64,000 nucleotides of DNA from Octopus vulgaris (GCA_951406725.2 OX597821.1:43276001-43340000); one strand, 5' to 3'; shown: positions 39,836-55,200, numbered from the stretch's first letter. Made by a program: numbers and translations. The notes: generated from the letters alone by a model not told the origin.

Positions 39836-40084
39836 TCTTTAGTTCATTAATATATTGAGGGTCATTTAATTAGTTATTATTGTTGTTGTTGCTAATTACT
39901 ATTATTGTGATGATGATGATGATGATGATGATCATCATCATCATCATCGTCACCACCATTTTAACACCCTCTTTTTGATGCTTGGTGGGTGCATATGGTT
40001 TAGTGGTTAGTGTGTTGCTGCTCATGATTGTGGTTTCAGCTTGTTGTATCCTCTTTCTCCAGTGTTGTGGTATCACCATGATAT

Positions 40085-40326
40085 TGTGATGGATGGTTTT
40101 GATACATTGTGCCAGTGTTGTAACAATAAACAAGATAGCGATGCAGCTGTAATAACAATGTAACAATCCAACAATCAATATTCCAAATGAACTGACCAAC
40201 TGACTCTTTCTGACTTCACTGTGAACTCAACTCAAACTAACACACAAACTTCACTCCGATTGCTGCTATTTATAATCACTCGGTCCAGTCTATTTCTCGC
40301 AAGAGGGTGTTATGAATCTCATCACA
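40085..40326 (-). mobile_element. Possible LTR with adjacent PBS-like sequence
   Basis: Bounded by tgtgatg...catcaca (TG..CA, 7-bp inverted ends); tataaata on minus; followed on minus by atatcaTGGTGAtacc. No TSD seen. Confidence 0.4.
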
Positions 40327-40814
40327 TCTCCCCTTTTGAAATTTTGACTTCTATAAGAAGTAAAATTTATTTTACTTTTTTCTTTTTTCAGCACACTTTC
40401 CCTCTCTTTTTTTAAAATTTTTTTTATTTATTATTATTATTATATTTTTTTTTTTATAGAAATTTTAATATATTTTTCGTTTTGGCATTATTTCTAAGTG
40501 TATAGTCTGTTTCACTTTTTCTACTGCTGCTTTTGCAAGGCTCAGTCTCTTTTGGTGCTAACACCTCAAACATATCAAAGCAGACTTCCATTGGTATTTC
40601 CTTTCATTTTTCAGTATGTCATGTCTTTAATTTGTTTAGGTGTCTCTTATGTTCCCAACTTTGTCCTTTAATTACATACATCATGTTTCCTAATCTTTTA
40701 GTTGCAAAACCATCCCCCCAGCCTTCTTTACAATTTTTATAAGTTTTGGCTGTGGTGTTCATACCATTTAAAACTGTATATTTTATTTTTTGCATGTTAG
40801 AGATTGTGTTCTCT

Positions 40815-42325
<1,511 letters not shown>

Positions 42326-42709
42326 ATATCAATGACTGCCAGCTTTCTTTAACAGTAAGTAATGCCATCCCTTAATGGCACACCTCTTAATTTTTACAAT
42401 TTTATATCTTAGAGGCTTCGTTCACCTTTCCAAACAGCTCTCCCCTCACAAGATCTTTCCACCCTCTCCACTGGTACCATTCCTTAAATTAGTTGTCACC
42501 CCGCCTCCGCTGGAATCTGAATTACTTTTGTTGTTTGTTTTTTTTTCTTTCTTCACCTCATCCATCATTAATAAATTCTTTCCATGAAGCTGACAGGGTT
42601 TCTCCTTCAACAAAGGACTACATAGAACTTCCTCAACCCAGCCACCATTCACTGGAATTTTCTTACTTGCTCTCTCTCTCTCTCTGAACTAAGAACAAAG
42701 CTATTTTGA

Positions 42710-43400
42710 GGTGTGTGTGATTGTGTGTGTGTGTTTGTGTGTGTGTGAGTGTGTGTGTGTGTGTTTGTGTGTGTGTGCGTGTGTGCACAAGCATGTTTGT
42801 GTGCATATGTGTGTGCATTTGTGTGTGTGTGTTTGTGTGTGTGTATTTGTTTATGTGTGTGTGTTTGTATGTGTGTATGTGTGTGCATGTGTGTATGTGC
42901 ATATGTGCCAGTGCATTTGTATGTTTGTGTGTGTGCACATGCATGTTTGTGTGCATGTGTGTGTTTGTGTGTGTGTATTTGTTTATGTGTGTGTGTGTTT
43001 GTATGTGTGTGTGTGTTTGTATGTGTGTATGTGTGTGCATGTGTGTATGTGCATATGTGCCAGTGCATTTGTATGTTTGTGTGTGTGTGTGCACATGCAT
43101 GTTTGTGTGCATGTGTGCGTTTGTGTGTATGTATTTGTTTATGTGTGTGTGTGTGTGTGTGTGTTTGTATGTGTGTATGTGTGTGCATGTGTGTATGTGC
43201 ATATGTGCCAGTGCATTTGTATGTTTGTGTGTGTGTGTGCACATGCATGTTTGTGTGCATGTGTGCGTTTGTGTGTATGTATTTGTTTATGTGTGTGTGT
43301 GTGTGTGTGTGTGTGTTTGTATGTGTGTATGTGTGTGCATGTGTGTATGTGCATTTGTGCCTGTGCATTTGTATGTTTGTATGTGTGTGTGTGTGTATTG
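42710..43400. repeat. (TG)-derived minisatellite with ~150-bp higher-order period
   Basis: Landmark gcatatgtgccagtgcatttgtatgtttg recurs near 42899, 43051, 43199 and (variant) 43351. Confidence 0.85.
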
Positions 43401-43603
43401 TCTGTATGAATGTGTATATAACTGTGCATGTGTGTCTATGGTGCATATGTACATATACAAATGTATGTGTGTATGTGAGTGTGCGTTGTCTGTCTTTATG
43501 AATATGTGTATGACTATGCATATGTGACTGTGCATGTAATAATCTAAGTGTGTATGCCTGAGTCTGTACTCTTGAGTGCGTGTGACAGTTTGATATGTAG
43601 GTG

Positions 43604-43647
<44 letters not shown>

Positions 43648-44579
43648 ATTGTTGTCAGAGTGTGTGTGTGTGTGTATGCATGAGTCTGTACTTTGTGTTC
43701 ATGTGTATCTGTGAGTATGTGCATGTGTATGTGTGTACATGAATTTGAGAGGCAGCACACACACACACAAACACACACACACACACACATATATATGCAC
43801 ACGTGTATATGTGTATGTGCATTTGCTTGTGCATGTGTGTGTACCAAAATGTATATGCAAGTGTGTGTGTGTGAGTGGTGTGTGTGTTTGTGTGTGTGTG
43901 TTTATGATAAATGTGCTTACTCTTAACCTTCTTTAGCACCCCACAACCACTGCTGGTCTTTCACTCTCCCCTCTCTCTCTCTCTCTCTCTCTGTTGCTCT
44001 TCTTCTTTGACTGTCTGTCTATCTTTATCTCTCTCTCTCTCTCTGTCTCCTACCCTTTGTCACTCTCACTCATTCTCCTGGCTCTCTCTTACTATTTCAA
44101 CTGAACAGGAACAGGATCCTGTGACTCTCCTAATGCTGCTCCCATGACATTTGTCATCCTATACACAGCTTACTTCCATATTTCCACTCTATACTTTCAG
44201 CTCAGCCTCCTCCCCACCACCTTTTTCTTCCCCTCAAATATTCACTTTCTTTGTACTTTGACATACACATACACACACGTGTGTGTGTATATATATATAT
44301 AAATACATACACTGCAAACTGCTTCTCCACCATAAAGTTAGACATGTATATGTGGATGCATGTGTGTGTGAATACATAGATAGAGATATACACGTGCATA
44401 CACACACACACACACGACAGGCTCCTTTCAGTTTCCGTCTCCCAAGTCCACTCACAAGGCTTTGGTCGGCCTGAAGCTATAGTAGAAGACACTTGCCCAA
44501 GGTGCCATGCAGGAGGACTGAACCCTGCATCATGTGGTTTGGAAGCAAGTTTCTTACTACACAACCACTCCTGACCCTA

Positions 44580-44623
<44 letters not shown>

Positions 44624-44634
44624 GTAAGTATATA

Positions 44635-44963
44635 TGCTGAGGCCCCCTTCAGTCATGACTGACCATGGGATTGCACCTAGAAAGTTACCCTCCTAGGCAC
44701 AAGTCTGGGCAAAGTTGTTTATGAAAGACCCATGCATACTGGCCTCCCTTTTCCGTGCCACCAGTGTTATCCAAGGGAAAGGCAAAGGCTGATACAGCTT
44801 GGCACCTGTGATGTTGCAACTCATCTCTACAGCTGAGTGAACTGGAGCAACGTGAAATAAGGTGTCTTGCTCAAGAACACAACATGCAGCCCGGTCCAGG
44901 ATTCGAACTCACAACCTCACGATCGTATGCTCAATGCTCTAACCACTGAGCCATGCGCCTTCA
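44635..44963 (-). mobile_element. tRNA-derived SINE (body X, tail 1)
   Basis: Reverse-complement homolog of 19154-19480, including the head gaaggcgcatggctcagtggttagagc. Confidence 0.88.
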
Positions 44964-44992
44964 CAAGTATATATATGTATACATATATATGC

Positions 44993-45052
<60 letters not shown>

Positions 45053-45218
45053 TGAAGTATATTTGCCACTTAAATGCGGCTAACCCGTAAGAGTTGATGC
45101 TACTGTAGCTTGTAGCCCCAGGAAGACATCTCCTCCAGCTGGCTATTGACACACTTTCTGTGTCCAATCAGTATTTGCAAAGGGAAGTCATCCTTCCCAT
45201 CTCCAGCTTGATGTGATA

Positions 45219-45263
45219 CACACGGACCCGGGTTTCTGAGTATTAACCTATCATCAGCGTGTG
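45219..45263 (-). ncRNA. Type I hammerhead ribozyme candidate with complete catalytic core
   Basis: Minus: CACACG-CUGAUGA-UAGGU uaau ACUCA-GAA-ACCCGGGU-C-CGUGUG. Stem I is 6 bp perfect, stem III is a perfect palindrome, GUC cleavage triplet; stem II is weak (one A-C mismatch, one G-U). Confidence 0.75.
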
Positions 45264-45438
45264 ACAACCACTGGTTGGCGATGATGTAAATATACATATG
45301 TATGCATATAAGTTAGAGGTAATGTAACCATCTAATGGATAGATATATCAATAGTCATTCCTGGTATTATCTCAGTATGTATGGTCCTTGTTATAAGGTA
45401 TATGGTAGTAGGTAATTTAAAAGGTAAACCGTGGTTTA

Positions 45439-45539
45439 ATATATATAAAGATGATAAGAAATGGAACAATAAACAGCAAGAAGTAGATGTCATAAAGTCA
45501 TGATTTAATTGCTCCATTTCTTATCGTCTTTATATATAT
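45439..45539. repeat. ~33-bp inverted repeat with ~30-nt spacer
   Basis: atatataaagatgataagaaatggaacaat versus attgctccatttcttatcgtctttatatat. Confidence 0.8.
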
Positions 45540-45559
45540 GCAAATATATATATATATAT

Positions 45560-45795
45560 ATATTTCTTTATTGCCCACAAGGGGCTAAACATAGAGAAGA
45601 CAAACAAGGACAGACAAAGGGATTAAGTCGATTACATCGACCCCAGTGCAAAACTGGTACTTTATTTATCGACCCCGAAAGGATGGAAGGTAAAGCCGAC
45701 CTCAGCGGAATTTGAACTCAGAATGTAACGACAGACGAAATACCACTAAGCATTTTGCCCAGCGCGCTAACATGTCTGCCAGCTCGCAGCCTTTA
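45560..45795 (-). mobile_element. SINE with Nin-like domain
   Basis: Reverse-complement homolog of 60370-60600 (cttccatcctttcggggtcgataaataaagtacc). Confidence 0.8.
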
Positions 45796-45799
45796 TATA

Positions 45800-45845
<46 letters not shown>

Positions 45846-48633
45846 CACACATACACACACAAGCACATGCACATGTATTTTATGTATTTACACACACACA
45901 CATGCGCGCACACACACATGCGCGCGCACACACACACACACACACGCGCATGCGTTCACATACACACACTAACACATATACATATATATCTATATAGAAC
46001 TTGCTTTTCTCTGCTTTTTTTAAAAATCAGAATTCTTCTTTTAGGATAATTCTCTTCAGCATCAATTCATTCTTAGAAAAAAATTCCACCCTACATCATC
46101 AGTCTTACTAGAATTATCATGCTTCCTTGACTATCTTATTGTGCATATGCATGTCTTTCATCTTTTACTTGTTTCAGTCATTAGACTGTGGCCACGCTGG
46201 AGCACTTCCTTGGAGAATTTTTAGTTGAATGAACCGAACCGAAAACCTTTGTTTTTAACCCTGGTACTTATTCTGTTGGTCTTTTAGATGGTCTTTTTCT
46301 TGAATTGCTCTATTATGTTGATGTAAACGCACCAACACTGGTTGGCAAGCAGTGGAGGTGGGGGGACAAACACAGACATAAAGGCAGACGCAAGTATATA
46401 TATATGATGATGAGTTTCTTTCAGTTTCTGTCTACCAAATTCACTCATAAGGCTTTGATCGGCCTAAGACTATTGTAGAGGGCACTTACCCATGGTGCCA
46501 CACAGTGGGACTGAACCCAGAATCATGTTGTTGGGAAGCAAGCTTTTTACCTCTCTTATTTTTCTACCTCTTTTTTTTTTTCATTCTTTAACCAGCATCT
46601 CATTTTAAACTATTTTGTCTGTTAATATATACATAAATACTTATGAAAGGAGAACAAGTTGTCTGCGTGTGCGTTTGCCTATACACTTTGGTGTGTTTAT
46701 GGATATGCGTATATACTTATTCGTGCACACACATACACACACACACACACAAAATATATATAAATATATTGATACACACACACACACACACACACTCACT
46801 CAGTTTACTTATTCGTTAAGGTAAGATCAACAAAAAAGTGCTCTATCCAGTGAGATTTAAATATTGCTTAATGTGCACAGTATATAGTTAAGAACTACTA
46901 ATAGTTTCATAAGTTAAAGATATTATCTATGTAGGTTTTAAAACGTGCTTAGTGACTCCAAGCAATTTTGGAGATTATCTAGAGACACTGAAGATTACTT
47001 GGAGACACTAGGCATATTTTAAAACCTGCCAAGATAACATCTTCAATTTATGAAACTGTTAGTAGCTCATAACATATGTCTATTAGCATATCTGTCTCCA
47101 TACTCAAAAATATGTGTCTGAGTGTATGACCAAATATCTAATTCATATATCTGTAGTCATGTGTGCATCTATGTGTTTTGATGTATGTACATCTATATGT
47201 GTATGCATAGATACATGTGTGATTACTATGTGGATGAGTAAATACACATGTATATATGCATCTATATATCTATGTACCTGTTCATCAATACAAAAATGTG
47301 TATGTATGTATATATTGTTATACATATCTTTGTATGTGGATATGTCTCTACAAATGTTGATAGATAGATGTGGGCATCATTTTCTTATCTCTCTATGTGT
47401 GTGAATATGGTTCTTCAGTTTTTTTAAATACATGCATTTATTATATGTATTAGTCTCAAATTGTCTTGTCACCTTTAGTGATGGTGCATTTTTCCATTTT
47501 AGTTTTGAATTGTGTCTAACCATCTTAACCATTTTATAATTTTCACATTACCATTTTGCTGGATCAACCTTTGATTCCTATGGTAAATTCTAAAAATACT
47601 GACGAGTGGAATTCCTCTTCACCACCAGCGGAGGAGTAACATCACTGATAAGCATTAATTTCATGTGAAATTGATGTGCCAATTTGATGCCTTTGCTTGA
47701 TGTTTGGAGGTTGTCTCTCTTGTCAGTACACAGAACTGTGCTTTGTTCATGGCTAAATAGTCTTTGACTCTTGTTTCTAGCAATGCTGGTGATGCTCTGC
47801 ACTCTTAGTTACTTTTAGTGACTGTTTTTTTCCTTTTGGGTTTTAAATTGCGTCCAGTCATCTTAATCATTATATATATATTTATATATACAACACAATG
47901 CCCAATCTGGGAATCGAACCCACAATCTTGCAACTGTGAGTGTAGCGTCCTAACCACTAAGCCATGCACCCTCACACACACATACACATATATATGTATG
48001 TATATATAGTTCAAATTTACAGAGGACAAAAGACGAAGACAGGTGAAAGAACAAAGAGTAGGTGCATCAGTTTGACGTGCGGGAAGAATGAAAACGTTTT
48101 TGACAGTTCAAGCCTATTCTCTTAGAACAAAAAGTTCAGAAAGTTCGAGGAGTTATGGTAGATTAGTGTGATATACATCAACAAAAGTGAACAGTAGGAT
48201 TCATGGTGGTAGAGTCTGAAGAAGTACAAAAATCCACAGCTAATCTAAGTGGAGTGATGGCTTATATATATGATGATGATGATGATGATAAATATATATA
48301 TTGTCAGTAATTCATAAATGTGAAAGAGAAGCCAGGCAATTTATGGATGCGAAACCCTGGGTAACCCTATGAACTGGCTATAACTATCTTTATCTAAATA
48401 TATATATATATATATCATGTGTGTGTTTGTACACATACACAAATACACACACACGCTCACACACACGCATGCATGCACACACACACACACACACACAAAC
48501 ACACACTATATGTGCTTGTATATAATTACTTACTATTATCTTTTTATCTTTTTCACTCCTATTTTCTATATTCCTGTGGTGTAGAATATCATGTATGTCT
48601 ATTATGTAAATGTATATCTATAAATATATATAC

Positions 48634-48708
<75 letters not shown>

Positions 48709-49240
48709 GATGTGTGCATGTATGTATGTGTGTGTATGTATGCACATATCTATGTATATCATCATCATCATCATCAGACATTAAACGATGATGATGATGA
48801 TGGTATACATATGTAGACACATGCATACATACACAAACATACATACATACACACATCCATACATATATGTATTACATAAAATTATAAAGCTATAAAATAA
48901 TAATAATGAGCTTATATATATATATACATATATATGTACACATGGATACATACATATATATATGTACACACACACATATGTATATAGATATGCACACATA
49001 GATATATGCATACATGCACATTTACATGCAAAACTTACTTGCATGTGTTTGTGCATATGTGCATGTATGTGTTTGATTTTGTGTAATACTGTGTTTTTAT
49101 GTCAGGTTGTATAAGTGCAAGTATGTCTGCTTGTGTGCATGTATGTACATGTGTGCGTACATGCATGTTTATATATATGTTGTAGCATGTATATATGTAT
49201 TTGTGTGTGTGTGTGTGTGAGTGTGTGTATGTGTGTGAGT

Positions 49241-49280
<40 letters not shown>

Positions 49281-49508
49281 AAGAAAGAGAGAGAGAGTGG
49301 TTGTTGTAAATTCCTATGGAGAAGATGGTAGTGTGGGACTGATTTTGTTTCTTTTATACTTTGCATTATTAGTGCATAACTGATTCTTAAATATTTATGT
49401 TCTTTATCTCTGTGTATGTGTGTGTGTGTTGCCTGCGAGCATGTGTGTGTGTGTGTATGTGAGTTTGGAAGTGTGAATGTGAGTATGCATTTGAGCATGT
49501 GCTCGTAT

Positions 49509-49551
<43 letters not shown>

Positions 49552-49816
49552 CGCATGCACAGATTTACGTGTGTAATTGTGTATGAGCATATATGTCGGT
49601 GCGTTTTAAAGGTAAGAGGAAAAGAATACTCAATATATGTTGTAAGATTGTTTAAACATTTGTTGTATGCATGTGTGCGTACATATGTATATATATATAT
49701 ATGTGTGTGTGTGTGTAAATAGATACATACATGCATACAAACGCACACACACAAACACAACTCTGTAATTGTTTAAACTTTAAAGCCGTGGTCATGATCG
49801 GACACCATATATATAT

Positions 49817-49817
<1 letters not shown>

Positions 49818-49848
<31 letters not shown>

Positions 49849-51820
49849 TTAACGTCCGCTTTCCATGCTAGCATGGGTTGGACGGTTCAACTGGGGTCTG
49901 GGGAGCCCGAAAGCTGCACCAGTCCAGTCAGATCTGGCAGTGTTTCTACAGCTGGATGCCCTTCCTAACGCCAACCACTCCGAGAGTGTAGTGGGTGATT
50001 TTATGTCCCACCGACACAGGTGCCAGACGAGGCTGGCAAACGGCCACGCTCGGATGGTGTTTTTTATGTGCCACCGACACAGGTGCCAGACGAGGCTGGC
50101 AGACGGCCACGCTCGGATGTTGTTTTTATGTGCCACCGACACAGGTGCCAGATGAGGCTGGCAAACGGCCACGATCGGATGGTGCTTGTTACGTGCCCAC
50201 AGCACGGAGGCGAGTCGATGCGGTACTGGCTACGGCCACATTCGGATGGTTTTCTTGTGTGCCACGTGCCACCGGCACTGGTACCACAAAGATACAAATT
50301 CCATTGATGTTCATCTATTTTGATTTGTTTTGATTTTCACTTGCCTCAACAGGTCTTCACAAGTGTCACAAGAAGGAAGGTATGCACAGGTGGACTGACT
50401 ACGTCCCAGGTAGGGGCCATGGGTTATGGCCTGACTAGTCTTGCCGGGTCTTCGGATGGTGTTTTTATGTGCCACCGACACAGGTGCTAGATGAGGCTGG
50501 CGAACGGCCACGATCGGATGGTGTTTGTCATGTGCCCACCGCACTGACTACAGCACTGATGGATTTCTTGTGTGCCACAGGCACTGGTACCACAAGATAC
50601 AAATTCCATTGATGTTCATCTATTTTGTCTATTTTGATTTGATTTGATTTGATTTTCACTTGCCTCAACCGGTCTTCACAAGTGTCACAAGAAGGAAGGA
50701 AGGAAGGTATGCACAGGTGGACTGACTAGTCTTGCCGGGTCTTCGGAAGGTGTTTTTATGTGCCACCGACACAGGTGCCAGATGAGGCTGGCGAACGGCC
50801 ATGATCGGATGGTGTTTGTTACGTTCCCACAGCACGGAGGCCGGTCGATGCGGTACTGGCTACGGCCACGTTCGGATGGTTCTCTTGTGTGCCACCGGCA
50901 CTGGTACCACAAAGTGTGTGCCACCGGCACTGGTACCACAAAGATACAGATTCCATTTATGTTCATCTATTTTGATTTGTTTTGATTTTGATTTTCACTT
51001 GCCTCAACAGGTCTTCACAAGTGTCACAAGAAGGAAGGAATGCATAGGTGGACTGACTACGTCCCAGGTAGGGGCCATGGGTTATGGCCTGACTAGTCTT
51101 GCCGGGTCTTCGGATGGTGTTTTTATGTGCCACCGACACAGGTGCTAGATGAGGCTGGCGAACGGCCACGATCGGATGGTGTTTGTCATGTGCCCACAGC
51201 ACGGAGGCCAGTCGATGCGGTACTGGCTACGGCCACTTTCGGATGGTTTTCTCTTGTGTGCCACCGGCACATGGTTTTCTCTTGTGTGCCACCGGCACTG
51301 GTACCACAAAGATACAAATTCCATTGATGTTCATCTATTTTGATTTGATTTTGATTTTGATCTTCACTTGCCTCAACAGGCCTTCACAAGTATCACAAGG
51401 AGGAAGGTATGCACAGGTGGACTGACTACGTCCCAGGTAGGGGCCATGGTTTATGGCCTGACTAGCCTTGCCGGGTCTTCGGATGGTGTTTTTATGTGCC
51501 ACCGACACAGGTGCTAGATGAGGCTGGCGAACGGCCACGACCGGATGGTGTTTGTTATGTGTCCACAGCACGATGGCCAGTGATGCGGTACTGACTACGG
51601 CCATGTTTGGATGGATTCTTGTGTGCCACCGGCACTGGTACCACAAGCGGTACTGACTACTTTTTATGTGCCACCGACACAGGTGCTAGATGAGGCTGGC
51701 GAACGGCCACGACCGGATGGTGTTTGTTATGTGCCCACAGCACGATGGCCAGTGATGCGGTACTGACTACGGCCACGTTCGGATGGATTCTTGTGTGCCA
51801 CCGGCACTGGTACCACAAGC

Positions 51821-51822
<2 letters not shown>
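49818..51822 (-). repeat. Complex tandem array derived from the RTE 3' UTR
   Basis: Starts with the RTE tail, then ~60-bp subunits (ttttatgtgccaccgacacaggtgc..ggctggc.aacggccacg) and ~290-370-bp higher-order units with rearranged junctions; CpGs retained. Confidence 0.88.
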
Positions 51823-51874
<52 letters not shown>

Positions 51875-52679
51875 TATACATACATACATATATGCAAACA
51901 TAAAATTGACTATTCAAACCAAAAAAACGAAATAACTGTAATTTTTGCAACCCAGAGTTGGATCCTTTGGATAAACAGTGTTTAAGTAACTACATTGTGT
52001 AACATACCACCACAATGAGCAATAAGATAGCAGTACTTTCTTTTTCATCTGCTTAACAGATAAATCATTTAAGAGCCAACTATAGCATCATTAGAACTCT
52101 TTCAAACAGTGTCACAAGAGAAATCCCTACATATTTATTGTAAGTACAGCTGGCAAAAGGAGATCGTGTTGACATTGTATGTGATTGTGTTGACATTGCA
52201 TTGCTTACTTTGTACATAGCCACACCACAAAAAACAATTCAAAATAGTGCAATTTCAATTTGACTATGAAATTGCATCTAAACCATTTGACACCAATAAT
52301 GCACAGAAGGCCAGAGTTAGTGTTGATTTGCAGGCACAATAAGATTGCTACTATCACTTTTCAAAGCAATAATTGATATTAACATCTCACATCACATATA
52401 TATCATCTTGAGTCTGATGTAAATTTTTCATTCCAAATTTCTGGATACTAACCTAATGTGAGAATTTTTTCTCCTCAGTTAAATTGCAGTAAAGTAGCTT
52501 TTACAAGTTGAAATAAATCCCAGACATATGTGAACTGATCTAAAGTTTGTTAATATATATATCTTAGATATGCTAAAATGAGACAACATTTCTGGTGCTG
52601 GTGAACATATGAATGGAAACAACACAGAGTAAAGAAGTCTTTATAGTCTTGCCAAGGACTAGATAATGTCTCCAGCATT

Positions 52680-53140
52680 ACGGCATGGGTGCCAGTTATG
52701 TGACACCAACAATGGCCACAACTATTTCACTTGGCTTGATGGGTCTTCTCAAGCACAGCATATCGCCAAAGGTCTCAATCACTAGTCATTGCCTTCTTGA
52801 GGCCCAATGTTCAAAGATCATGCTTCACCACCTCATCCCATATCTTCCTGGGTCTCCTTCTTCCACAGTCTCCTCCCACAGTTAGAGATCAGCACCACTT
52901 CTTCATACAGCCCTCCACATTCATATGCATCACATGACCATACTAATGCAGTTATCTCTCTTGCAAACCAAATCTGATGCCTCTTATGCCTAACCTTTCT
53001 CTCAAGACTTTTTACACTCTGTCATACATGTACACTGATATTGCACATCCAGTGAAGCATACTAGCTTCATTTCTTTCAAGCTTACACATGTCCTCAACA
53101 GTAACAGCCCATGTTTCACTGCCATGTAGCATGGTTGTTA
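52680..53140 (-). mobile_element. RTE LINE 3' fragment
   Basis: Reverse complement of LHGSETWA and RPRK.W regions seen at 36620-37020. Confidence 0.75.
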
Positions 53141-53768
53141 TGCACACATACACACATACTATATAAATAATTTGTTATTAATGTTAATTTACAATACACA
53201 ACTATTTGTTAAGAAACCAATATATTATAGTGTGGTTGTAGGGTTAAGAAGGTTGTTTCTCAACTTCTTAGTTCTAGCCTAGTCCTACTGCACAAAACTT
53301 TGAGCAAATGTCTTCTACTATAGGCTGACCAAAGCATTGTGAATGGATTCAGTAGATATATATGAAGGAAAAAAAAAAGGATTAAAGAATCAAGGCAAAT
53401 ACTTTATAAGCAACTAAATTGTCCCATGGATGCCATGGTAATCAGCATAGGTTGTAAATTCACTTTTTACTACCTGCCCAATTGGTAAATCTGAAGTTCA
53501 AACACTCAATGGATTCTGTATAAATTCAGTATGTAGTCACAGAGTACAATAAAAAAAACACAAAAGAATGGAGGTCCATGATATATCAGCTACATATATT
53601 TCAAATAGAATAGCATACCTCAAAATACTGCAATGTTAACATTGTTATGCACAACTTAATTGATCCCATAGTTGATTGATTAAAATGTTAAAGAGAAAGA
53701 AGAATTCAACATTTCGTTTTTGGATTTGGTTTGCAAGATTCTTTATATGAGTTTGTATGTTGAAGCAT

Positions 53769-54007
53769 ATTCTATCGTGTCTGGGGAGAGTCATTTTCTT
53801 TTGTGCTTTATTATGTAACACACTCACTGGTAAAATTTCCACGTTTTTCTTATTTTTATTGTCCTAAAAGTCAAAATTATTGAAAAGGTTGCAAGACAAC
53901 GAAAATTTTAGGACAATAAAAATAAGAAAAACGTGGAAATTTTACTGGTGAGTGTGTTACGTAATAAGGCACAAAAAGAAAATGACTCTCCCCAGACACA
54001 ATAGAAT
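53769..54007. mobile_element. Palindromic MITE with ~100-bp TIRs
   Basis: attctatcgtgtctggggagagtcattttc...ttgtcctaaaa mirrored by ttttaggacaat...gaaaatgactctccccagacacaatagaat, with a ~37-nt spacer. Confidence 0.88.
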
Positions 54008-55039
54008 TCAACATTATTCTATACTTATCAAAGCTGTATCCCTACTGTTTATATGATTGAACATTTTAGGGAATAAGAAGCAAATTTAGGTTGGCTTATT
54101 GCTCTATTTATATTTATATTTATATTTCTTTATAGATCTACTTCATATTCCTACTTATCAGATCATGATAGAATTGGAATTTAATATGTAATGTATTCCA
54201 GCAAACCAGGAAGCTAAATGAATACTAATGACAATACTTAGTGCCTGTCTCACTTATACTTTTTTTGACCATTTACAAAGATATTGTGGTGTATGTTGAA
54301 ATAAGCCCATTTTAGTAGAAGCATTAATCAGGTCATAAAAATTTTAATGCTATCTGTAATACTTCTCAATATGTATACAATGAACAGAGGAAGACAGGCT
54401 GAATTAGTGAGAATTCTAAAGGTAAAATATTAGGAAAGATGGTATTCATTAAGGAATACTTCATTTCATTTTAGAATACTATGTATCATAAAGGATAATT
54501 ATGTTAAGATAAGATAGATCAGATAAAGCAATTTTAAAAATATAAAATAAAATTCTAAATAAAATAGATTAGATTAAATCAGAGGCTACTTTCTCTAACT
54601 GCTATGTGTCATTTAATCCATAAGTAAGTTAACCCTAAGAAGTATATACTCCGTTATAAAAATGTTAAACCTCTAAAAAAGATGAAAAAATTAAAGATTA
54701 AAAAGTAAAAATTCTATTAATGCAATATAGTTAAAAATCAAAAGATAATTAAAAAATAATTTAAAGAAATAATTGAAATAATTAGATGATTAAAGTACTT
54801 TAAAATATTTTAAGAAATTAAAATTAAAAGATTTAAATAATTTTTAAAATAATCAAAAATAATTAAGTAATAATTAAAAAGTAAAATAGTTAAAAAAATT
54901 TTTTTTAACCATATATTTAGATGTTCATGATTACTTAATTTACTAGCATTATGTGTTGCTATAATTTCAACCAAGTTTCTGGTGGTTGAATAAGCAAATT
55001 TAATTGTGTATCTGTTAAATAACCTGTCATATTTCCTAG

Positions 55040-55200
55040 ATGTGGTCTGGTTGCTGGGGTCATGTACTCCTTATGGAATTCCCTCTGGCACCACTGCTCT
55101 ATCTCCTGGAAGATGAGGCTCTGCATCTACAATGCATTGGTTCTTTCCATTCTCCTCTATGGAGCAGAAATGTGGGCCCTCTTGACAACCCTGACTCGGA
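55040..55200 (+). mobile_element. Small RTE-like LINE fragment of a different family
   Basis: SLW...SISWKMRLCIYNALVLSILLYGAEMW resembles the post-RT LLYGxETW motif. Confidence 0.6.

Noticed and set aside
47590-47802. Unique-looking 70-aa ORF or possible exon
   Set aside because: No recognisable motif or splice pattern; may be an old endonuclease fragment but cannot be supported.
49990-51822. CRISPR-like array or coding repeats (CATGTGT ORFs)
   Set aside because: Units are homologous to RTE 3' UTR subrepeats, and the intervening sequence is also repeated.
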